This document shows positions 56,799-64,000 of a stretch of 64,000 bases of DNA, piece after piece (the first letter of the stretch is position 1; each line of letters begins with the position of its first letter). Origin of the DNA: Vicinamibacteria bacterium. Lineage in GTDB: Bacteria > Acidobacteriota > Vicinamibacteria > Marinacidobacterales > Marinacidobacteraceae. The notes under the pieces are model-generated. The model saw nothing but the letters and a program-made list of their open reading frames with translations, made no database searches and was not told the origin of the DNA. Both the position numbers and the translations under genes were made by a program. Location: contig OZ219816.1 of assembly GCA_964291235.2 (NCBI GenBank), forward strand, positions 960,001 through 1,024,000, in the 5' to 3' direction.

Positions 56799-57997
56799 TG
56801 ATCCGTTCCGGTTGGCTGGCGCTCTCCCTTGCGCTCCTGGCTCCCGCGCCGATCACGGCGCAGGAATGGCAGCAGGCGGAACCGGGCTACCCCTGGGAGT
56901 TCCCGAACGATCACTGGGCTCACGTCGGCTACCGGACCGAGTGGTGGTACTTCGTTGGTTTCGCCGACACGGCGGATGCGTCCCGCCGCTTCGCCTGGCA
57001 GTTCACCCTGTTTCGGACCGGGCTGACGCTCGCGCCGCCGCCCGCCGCGCCCTCCCCGTGGGGTGTGGAGTACGTGGCGATGGGGCATGCCGCGCTGGCC
57101 GATCTGGAGGCCGGCGAGCGCGTCTTCACCCAGACCACGCATCGGGAGGCGCCTGGCCTGGCGCGCTTCGGGGTGTTTCCGGACCCGGAGATCGGATGGC
57201 TGCGCGGCCCGCCGGGCACGGTGGAGCCTTGGTCGCTGGTGTTCCGGGACGGAGCGTTCGAGTTCGTTGCCGCCGATGCCGAACGGGGGCTCCATCTGAA
57301 ACTCGCCGCCGTTCCGACCCGGGAGCCGCTGCTGCACGGCGAGGCCGGCCATTCGCCGAAATCGGAGGGCGGGGCGGCCAGCTTCTATTACAGCCAGCCC
57401 CGCCTCGCCCTGACGGGGTCCGTCGGGCTCGGCGATACGCGGGTCGAGGTCTCCGGCAGTGGGTGGATGGACCGCGAATTCGGATCGAGCTGGCTCAGTC
57501 CCGATCAGACCGGTTGGGACTGGTTCGGCCTGAACCTCGGTGACGGCCGGGATCTCATGCTCTACCTGCTGCGCCGCCGCGACGGGAGCCTTTCCTACGC
57601 CGACGGCAGTCTGCGCGATCCGGACTCGGAGGCGATCCGGAGAGTCGGTGCGGTGGAGGTCGAAGTCCTCGACACCTGGACTCCGCCCGATCTGGAATCG
57701 GACCCGGGAACTTCGCGTCCCTATCCGGCCGGGTGGCGCCTCCGGTTCCCCGGCGAAGATCTCGACCTGATCGTCCGGCCCCTTCTCGACAACCAGGAAA
57801 ACCGCCGGCCGCCCGGTAGTTCCGGGCCGGACATCCCGTACTGGGAGGGGGCGGTCACGATCGAAGCCGCCGACGGCGCCCCCTGCGGACGCGGTTTCGT
57901 GGAACTCACCGGTTACCGGTCGGACGTGGCTGTCGGCGGGCTCTCCCCGGATACAATCGGAAGCTCATCCAACGCCCGGCAGAGGAGGCAAGACAGC
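56798..57997 (+). CDS. AttH/CrtC-like lipocalin-fold secreted protein (no stop codon; reads into the next gene)
   Basis: TGATG coupling, signal peptide, FPNDHWAH..YRTEWWYF, SFYYSQP, GWMDREF, GWDWF, YWEG, GFVELTGY. Confidence 0.82.
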
Positions 57998-58792
57998 ATG
58001 ATGGACGGCCTGATGGACGGCATAACGTTCGTATTCCGCTGGCTCCACATTTTTGTGGGGATCATCTGGATCGGCCACCTCTACTTCTTCAACTTCGTGA
58101 ACGGTCAGATGACCGCGAAGCTTGATGGAGCCACGAAGCAGAAGGTGGTGCCCGAGCTGATGCCCCGCGCCCTCTACTGGTTCCGTTGGGGCGCCGCCTG
58201 GACCTGGATCACCGGCGTGGTGTTGCTGCTGCTGGTCTTCTACCACGGCGGCCAGACCCTCGCGACGAACGCCGTATGGAGCGGTGGAGCGCTGCTCATG
58301 GTCGCGATCACCTTCCTGGCGGTCTTCGTGTACGACGCGTTGTGGAAGAGCGGGCTCAAGTCCAATGTGCGGGCTGCCACGATTGTTTCCTTCTTGCTGC
58401 TCAGCGTAGCCGTGGCTCTCTTCCACTATGTCGGGCACTTTTCGTTCCGGGGCTTACTCATCCACACCGGTGCCATGTTCGGAACCATGATGGCCTTCAA
58501 CGTCTGGTTCCGGATCTGGCCGGCCCAGCAGCGGATCATCGCCGCGGTCAAGGCTGGCGAAGCCCCGGCCGCCGCCGACCCGGCGCTCGCCGGCTTGCGC
58601 TCCAAGCACAACACCTACATGTCGCTGCCGCTCCTTTGGGCGATGGCGAATGAGCACGCCGTTGTTTTCTCCGGTGGGAACTTCGGGATTCCGGGCGATT
58701 TGTACTGGGTGGCCTGGCTGGTGATCGTGGCGATCGCCTGGCATGTGATCTTCCAGTGCTACCGGATCGCCGGCCGCGTCTCCGGCATGTAG
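57998..58792 (+). CDS. Urate oxidase N-terminal (PuuD-like) membrane protein lacking the cytochrome c domain
   Basis: RWLHIFVGIIWIG..YFFN, WFRWGAAWTWITG, GTMMAFNVW..IWPAQ, RSKHNTY..LP. Own GAGGAG RBS, no CxxCH. Confidence 0.82.
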   Translation: MMDGLMDGITFVFRWLHIFVGIIWIGHLYFFNFVNGQMTAKLDGATKQKVVPELMPRALYWFRWGAAWTWITGVVLLLLVFYHGGQTLATNAVWSGGALLMVAITFLAVFVYDALWKSGLKSNVRAATIVSFLLLSVAVALFHYVGHFSFRGLLIHTGAMFGTMMAFNVWFRIWPAQQRIIAAVKAGEAPAAADPALAGLRSKHNTYMSLPLLWAMANEHAVVFSGGNFGIPGDLYWVAWLVIVAIAWHVIFQCYRIAGRVSGM

Positions 58793-58855
58793 TGGGGAGC
58801 GCCCCGGTCGCCTGTCGCAGGATCGTCACGAGTCGGTAGGGGACCCGTCGCGGCC

Positions 58856-59866
58856 TTGCGAGTGACCGCTGCGGGACCGGTCTTCGGTGCACGGACCGCT
58901 CACCGAACCGTCGTGCTCCGGCTTTGCCTCGCGGCCTTGGCGGGAGGCTGCAATACGTCCACCGACGAAGCTGTCTTCCCGAGCCGCGCCATCGAGATCG
59001 TCTCGTGGGCGACTCCGGGCGGCCCGAGTGATCTGCTGGCGCGAGCGCTTGCAGAGGCGGCCCCGGAGAATTTCGACGGGCAGCGAGTCACGGTCATGAC
59101 CCGGCAGGGGGGCGCCGGGGCGGCGGGGATGCAATATCTCAGGAGCCGCGCCGGGGATCCGCACGTGCTCGGGGTGTTCACGGCGAGCGGAACCGTGAAC
59201 ATGGCGACCGGCCGGATTCCTTTCGCTCCCGGCGACTTCACCCCGATCCTCAGGATCCAGGTGGACCCGTTCCTGGTCGCGGTACGAGAGGACAGTGCTC
59301 TCGAGACGCTGGAAGACCTCTTCGAGGCAGCCCGGAGGGAACCGGGAGCGATCTCGATGTCCGGCTTCGGGGCTGCTTCCGCACACTTCCTCGGCTTCCA
59401 GCGGCTGCGGTCCGCGGCCGGCGACCCCGACATCCGCTGGATCGCCTACGAGGGTTCCGGTGACGCCGTGGTTGCCGCGCTCGGGGGCCACACCGATGCG
59501 GTGCACACCAACTACAACATCGTGCGCGAACACCTGCGCGCGGGGACGATGCGGGTGCTGGCGGTGGCGCTGCCGCTTACCGCGCTTCGCGATACCCCCA
59601 CCTACCTCGAGTCGGGGTACGACCTGGCGCCCGTTCACTGGCGCGGGGTGGTGGCCCCCCCCGGACTGTCCCCCGAGGTTCGCGCCGACTTGCGGGCGCG
59701 GCTTCTCGCCGCCATCCGGGCGGCGGGTTTTCAGGAGTACATGGCGCGGGCGGCGATGGAATACGCGGTGATGGACGACTCGGACGCCTTCGGGGACTGG
59801 ATTACCGAGGAGGTCGAAACCAGCCGGGCGTTGCTTGCACGGCTCGGACTGCTCGTGAATGAGTGA
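58856..59866 (+). CDS. tctC: Tripartite tricarboxylate transporter substrate-binding protein (Bug)
   Basis: LAGGC lipobox, FPSRAI.IV...PGG.SD..AR, GGAG, Y.GSG.A..A.LGGH, WRGVVAP. Start uncertain. Confidence 0.88.
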   Translation: MRVTAAGPVFGARTAHRTVVLRLCLAALAGGCNTSTDEAVFPSRAIEIVSWATPGGPSDLLARALAEAAPENFDGQRVTVMTRQGGAGAAGMQYLRSRAGDPHVLGVFTASGTVNMATGRIPFAPGDFTPILRIQVDPFLVAVREDSALETLEDLFEAARREPGAISMSGFGAASAHFLGFQRLRSAAGDPDIRWIAYEGSGDAVVAALGGHTDAVHTNYNIVREHLRAGTMRVLAVALPLTALRDTPTYLESGYDLAPVHWRGVVAPPGLSPEVRADLRARLLAAIRAAGFQEYMARAAMEYAVMDDSDAFGDWITEEVETSRALLARLGLLVNE

Positions 59867-60302
59867 CGGCGGCCGGCGTCCCGTCTCCCTGGTAGAGGCC
59901 GGACTCTTCGCCCTCATCGGAGCGGGTGTCTGGTTGGATTCCCGGGGTTATCCGGCCCCGCTTCTGGAAGGGGTGCCGGGGCCGGCCTTTTTCCCCGGGC
60001 TGGTGGCCGTTTCCCTGATCGGGTGCGCCGCGGTCCTGGCGCTTCGTCCGGTGCGCCAGCCGGCAGCTGTCAGGGCGGGCGGAGGCTGGACGCTCCGGGT
60101 ACTGGGAGCGACGGGCTGGACCGTGGCTTTCCTCCTCACGCTTCCGCTGATCGGACACCTTGCCGCGCTTCCGCCGCTGGTCGGCGGACTCATGTGGCTC
60201 TCGGGAGAGAGGTCGCCATGGGTGCTGGTCGGTCTCTCCCTTGTCTTCGCGGGCTTTGTCCACCTCCTCTTCGTCGTCATCCTGGGGGTCCCCTTGCCGT
60301 GA
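59859..60302 (+). CDS. tctB: Tripartite tricarboxylate transporter small membrane subunit
   Basis: GPAFFP motif, 4 TM, C-terminal F...LGVPLP. Confidence 0.85.
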   Translation: MSDGGRRPVSLVEAGLFALIGAGVWLDSRGYPAPLLEGVPGPAFFPGLVAVSLIGCAAVLALRPVRQPAAVRAGGGWTLRVLGATGWTVAFLLTLPLIGHLAALPPLVGGLMWLSGERSPWVLVGLSLVFAGFVHLLFVVILGVPLP

Positions 60303-61783
60303 GCGCGTTGCTGGAAGGGCTGGCGACCGCGCTCCAGCCGGTGAATCTGGCGGTACTCCTCGGGGGCAGTCTCCTCGGAGTCTTTGCCGGGGCGGTGCCG
60401 GGTCTGAGTTCGACAGTCGGCCTCGCGCTGGTGCTCCCGGTCACCTTCGCCCTCGAGCCCACGCCGGCGATCCTCATGATGATTTCCATCTACATGGCGG
60501 CGGAGTACGGGGGTTCGATCACCGCGATCGCGATCGGCGTCCCGGGGAGTTCGCCGGCGCTTGCCACGACCTTCGACGGATACGCGATGACGCGCCGGGG
60601 AGAAGCCGGGCGCGCGTTCGGGATTTCCCTGTTCGCGTCCATGAGCGGCGGGATTCTGGGAACGCTGTTGCTGGTGGTGGCGCTTGGCCCGTTGTCCCGC
60701 GCGGCGATCGCCTTCGGACCGCCCGAGTATTTCGGCCTGGGCGTGTTCGGGCTGGCGATCGTGGCCAACCTGGTGGGGAAGGATCCACTGAAGGGCATCA
60801 TCAGCGCGTTGCTCGGCCTCGTGGCGTTCCTGATCGGCCTCGATGTGCTCACGGGTGCGCCCCGCCTGACGCTGGGGTCCACGGTCCTTATGGACGGACT
60901 CGGACTCGTGCCCATGCTGATCGGCTTTTTCGCGATCGGCGAAGCGCTCGCCGCGGTGGCCGGACGACGGAAGCGGGTGGCGGCCGCCACGGGAATGAAG
61001 GGTGCGCTCCCGGGACGAGGAGAACTGCTCCGGCTGTGGCGTCCGATCCTGCGCGGCTCGGCGATCGGCGGTGTCATCGGGGCGATCCCCGGCGCCGGGG
61101 CGACGATCGCGTCCATCGTGGCGTGGAACGAGGAACGCCGCCTGTCCCGCAACCCGGAGCGGTTCGGTACGGGCGAGCCGGCTGGCATCGCGGCCCCCGA
61201 AGCCGCGAACAACGCCTGCGTGGGCGCGGCCATGATCCCGCTGCTCGCCCTGGGCATTCCGGGTTCGGCGAGCGCCGCGGTGTTGCTCGGGGGACTCACG
61301 GTACAGGGGGTGGCGCCCGGACCGTTGCTGATGACCGAGCAGGCCTCGTTGGTCTATGCGCTCTACGCCGGATTCATCGTTGCCGTGGCGTTCATGCTGG
61401 TCGTAGGCCGTCTCGGGATTCCTCTCTGGGTGAAGGTGGTGAGTCTCAGTCCCCGGATCCTCATGCCGCTGGTGGTGGCGATTTCGCTCATCGGGGCTTT
61501 CGTCCTGCGGGGCAACCTGGCGGATGCCTGGTTCGCACTTTTCTTCGGACTCGTCGGTTTCTTCATGTTGCGGCGCGGGTATCCGCTCGCGCCCGCGGTA
61601 CTCGGGCTCATCCTGGGGCCGATGGTGGAGACGAACTATCGGCGGGCGCTCGCGCTGTCTTCGGGTTCCCACACCGTTTTCCTGGAGAGTCCGATCAGCC
61701 TGGTTCTCATTTTGCTCGCCGTCGTGAGCTTTGCGGCCCCGGCGGTGCGAAGCCGCCTCCGGCTGGGGCGCGAAGAGCGCTGA
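60299..61783 (+). CDS. tctA: Tripartite tricarboxylate transporter large membrane subunit
   Basis: GAVPGL, YGGSI.AI....PG, GAIPGAG, APEAANNA, LGIPGS, PGPLL, ETNYRRAL. GTGA overlap. Confidence 0.93.
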   Translation: MSALLEGLATALQPVNLAVLLGGSLLGVFAGAVPGLSSTVGLALVLPVTFALEPTPAILMMISIYMAAEYGGSITAIAIGVPGSSPALATTFDGYAMTRRGEAGRAFGISLFASMSGGILGTLLLVVALGPLSRAAIAFGPPEYFGLGVFGLAIVANLVGKDPLKGIISALLGLVAFLIGLDVLTGAPRLTLGSTVLMDGLGLVPMLIGFFAIGEALAAVAGRRKRVAAATGMKGALPGRGELLRLWRPILRGSAIGGVIGAIPGAGATIASIVAWNEERRLSRNPERFGTGEPAGIAAPEAANNACVGAAMIPLLALGIPGSASAAVLLGGLTVQGVAPGPLLMTEQASLVYALYAGFIVAVAFMLVVGRLGIPLWVKVVSLSPRILMPLVVAISLIGAFVLRGNLADAWFALFFGLVGFFMLRRGYPLAPAVLGLILGPMVETNYRRALALSSGSHTVFLESPISLVLILLAVVSFAAPAVRSRLRLGREER

Positions 61784-61920
61784 ACGCCCGGATGGCGCAG
61801 GCTCCGTACACTGTGCGGTTTCCGGTCCGCGACCAGCGGAACCATGTACCTGCCGCGGCGCCAGACAACCGACTCGAATTTCCCTCGGAGCCGCCACCAC
61901 CCCCGAAGAAAGGAACAGCC

Positions 61921-63318
61921 GTGAGCGCGACCGCAGCCGTCTCCGATTTCATCCTCGAAACGACCGTCGAGGATCTTCCCGACCAACTCCTCGATGAGGG
62001 GCGCCGGTGCGTGACCGACGGTATCGGGGTCATTCTCGCCGGCTCGACGGACGCCTGCTCGCGCATCGTGCAGGAGCAGATTGCGGGGCAGGGAGGACAC
62101 CCGGAAGCGGCCATTCTGGGCCCCGCCGGCCTCCGGGCCCCCGCTTCCCTGGCCGCCCGCGCGAACGGTACCGCGGGCCACGCGCTCGATTTCGACGACA
62201 CCCAGCTATCGAACGCTCCGGATCGGATCTTCGGATTGCTCACCCATCCGACGGTCGCGCCGCTCGCCGCGGCGCTCGCGATGGCCGAGCGGGAAGACGC
62301 GTCCGGGCAGCAACTGCTCGAGGCGTTCCTCATCGGCTTCGAGGTGGAGTGCAAAATTTCGGAAGCAATCCATCCGCGGCATTACATGGAGGGTTTCCAT
62401 TCCACGGCGACGGTGGGCACTCTGGGAGCGGCGGCGACCGCCGCGAAGCTGGCGGGGTTGACCCGGGCCGAATTGGACATGGCGCTCGGGATCGCCGCGA
62501 GCCTTGCCTCGGGCATCCGCCTCGGCTTCGGAACCATGACGAAGCCGCTCCACGCCGGGCGAGCCGCCGAGAACGGCATCCTGGCGGTGGAGCTCGCGGC
62601 CCGCGGCTACACCTCGGGGCATGACGCGCTCGAGGCGCCGTGGGGATTTTTCCGGGTGTTTGGGGGCGGTTTCGACGCGGAGCGGCTGAACCTCGGCGAG
62701 CCGTACACCCTGCTCGATCCGGGCGTCTCGGTGAAGATGTTCCCCTGTGGCAGCCTCAGCCATCCGAGCCTCGCCGCGCTGTTGGACCTCATCCGCACCG
62801 AGGATCTGGCGCCCGACGACATCGAGCGGATTACCTTCCGAGCCGGGCGCAACATCCTGAATCCGCTCCGGTATCTCGATCCGCAGAATGCCCTCGAAGC
62901 CAAGTTCTCCGTGCCGTTCCTCCTCGCGAGCGCGGTGCTCCGGCGGCGCGTGGGGATCCCCGAGTTCTCGGACGATTTCGTACGCTCCCCCGGAGTGGTC
63001 GCCATGATGCGGCGGGTTGCGGTCGAGTTCGATCCCGAGATTGATGCGCGGGGTTACGACCGGATGCGGAGCGCCATGGACGTCACCCTGAGAAACGGTG
63101 CGGAGCACACCGTCGAGGCCGACATCTATCCGGGCGGCCCCGAGCGCCCCCTGACCCGCGAGGAACTGCGGGACAAGTTCCGCGATTGCGCCGGCGGCGC
63201 CCTTCCTGCGGACCGGATCGAAGAGGCGCTCGCTCAGGTCGAACGGGTGGACCGGATCCCGCGCGCCGCAGACCTGGCGGCTGTGCTCAACGGGGCTCCG
63301 GCGGGGGCCGCGGCGTGA
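61921..63318 (+). CDS. MmgE/PrpD family protein
   Basis: NGTAGHALDFDD, HP, GFHST, MTKPLHAG, K.FPC...H, AKFSVP. Confidence 0.9.
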   Translation: MSATAAVSDFILETTVEDLPDQLLDEGRRCVTDGIGVILAGSTDACSRIVQEQIAGQGGHPEAAILGPAGLRAPASLAARANGTAGHALDFDDTQLSNAPDRIFGLLTHPTVAPLAAALAMAEREDASGQQLLEAFLIGFEVECKISEAIHPRHYMEGFHSTATVGTLGAAATAAKLAGLTRAELDMALGIAASLASGIRLGFGTMTKPLHAGRAAENGILAVELAARGYTSGHDALEAPWGFFRVFGGGFDAERLNLGEPYTLLDPGVSVKMFPCGSLSHPSLAALLDLIRTEDLAPDDIERITFRAGRNILNPLRYLDPQNALEAKFSVPFLLASAVLRRRVGIPEFSDDFVRSPGVVAMMRRVAVEFDPEIDARGYDRMRSAMDVTLRNGAEHTVEADIYPGGPERPLTREELRDKFRDCAGGALPADRIEEALAQVERVDRIPRAADLAAVLNGAPAGAAA

Positions 63319-64000
63319 GGCTTCTCCCGGTCGCCGTGTTGGGCGCCGTTGCCCTCGTGGCCTGTGGGGCCGGCTCCGGGGAAAGGCCCGAGGCGGCTCC
63401 GAGCGCCCCTCCCTACGCAGCGGTGCAGGTCGAGGAGAACTTCTTACTCCCGATGCGCGACGGGGTGCGGCTCGCCACCGACGTGTATCGGCCGGGCCGC
63501 GACGGGGAACCGGTGGAGGAGCGCTTTCCGGTGCTGCTCCACCGCACGCCGTACAACAAGGCGTCCGACCGCCTGGCGGAACAGGCGCGCTGGTTCGCCT
63601 CCCACGGCTATGTCGTGGTGGTGCAGGACATGCGGGGCCTGTACTTCTCCGAGGGCCTCTTCCAGAAGTACCACGATTTCGATGCCCCCGACGGGTTCGA
63701 CACCATCGAGTGGATCACCGGCCTCAACTACGCGCTGCCTACGGTGGGCATGTGGGGGACCTCCTACGGAGCCCACACCCAGGCCGACGCCGCGAAGCTG
63801 AACCCGCCCGGCCTGGACACTCTGGTGCTGACGATGGGCGGTCTTTCGGACGCCTGGACCCACAAAGTCCGCAACCACGGGGCCTTCGAACTCGGTCAGC
63901 AGCTCGGCTGGGCGCACAGCCAGCTCGCCGCGGTGACCGACGAACCGAGCGTCCGGGCGCGGCTGGAGCAGGAGGGCCCCGCCGACTGGTTCCCGAACAC
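63315..64000 (+). CDS. CocE/NonD (S15) family hydrolase, lipoprotein (truncated at window end)
   Basis: Manual translation from GTG 63315: LVAC lipobox, PMRDGVRLATDVYRP, RTPYNK, QDMRG...SEG, DGFDTIEW, GMWGTSY. Confidence 0.9.
   Translation, partial: MRLLPVAVLGAVALVACGAGSGERPEAAPSAPPYAAVQVEENFLLPMRDGVRLATDVYRPGRDGEPVEERFPVLLHRTPYNKASDRLAEQARWFASHGYVVVVQDMRGLYFSEGLFQKYHDFDAPDGFDTIEWITGLNYALPTVGMWGTSYGAHTQADAAKLNPPGLDTLVLTMGGLSDAWTHKVRNHGAFELGQQLGWAHSQLAAVTDEPSVRARLEQEGPADWFPN

Noticed and set aside
60160-61920. 1052-aa ORF as a large PrpD fusion
   Set aside because: The N-terminal part is an Arg-rich off-frame reading of tctA. The PrpD domain starts at GTG 61921 after an AAGGAA RBS.
114-63917. 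Many long antisense or alternate-frame ORFs (for example 114-977, 7172-9040, 14203-16095, 21112-23097, 35322-37334)
   Set aside because: Shadow ORFs typical of high-GC DNA. They overlap well-supported genes and have no motifs.

Overview
GC-rich bacterial chromosomal window, densely coding, most likely from Acidobacteriota. This is inferred from the GWxTD protein, the acidobacterial-type VWA protein, a MacA-like adaptor plus ATPase with no adjacent permease, and many secreted hydrolases. I found no rRNA, tRNA, CRISPR array, transposase or integrase. Main content: (i) a form I aerobic CO dehydrogenase operon coxMSL (AYRCSFR motif) with an XdhC/CoxF-YHS fusion and a displaced coxG; (ii) a form II CODH-like molybdenum hydroxylase cluster (S-L-M, AYRGAGR motif) with coxD/coxE/coxF. 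This cluster runs co-directionally into an AttEFGH-like ABC/lipocalin module, a PuuD-N-like membrane protein, tctCBA, prpD and a CocE hydrolase. Also present: a bacterial indoleamine 2,3-dioxygenase, pruA, a solute symporter pair, an ECF sigma operon, a TonB receptor and two PIN toxin-antitoxin pairs. Structure the ORF track does not show: REP/BIME-like hairpin arrays (one with an exact 123-bp period and compensatory base changes), two copies of a TIR-bounded MITE, two frameshifted genes, an AttH-PuuD in-frame read-through, and repeated promoter geometry suggesting leaderless mRNAs. All product calls come from motif recognition only; no database search was run. I cannot show a wholly new system from sequence alone. 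The best candidates are the AttH/PuuD/form II hydroxylase region, the atypical IDO and the covarying repeat family.
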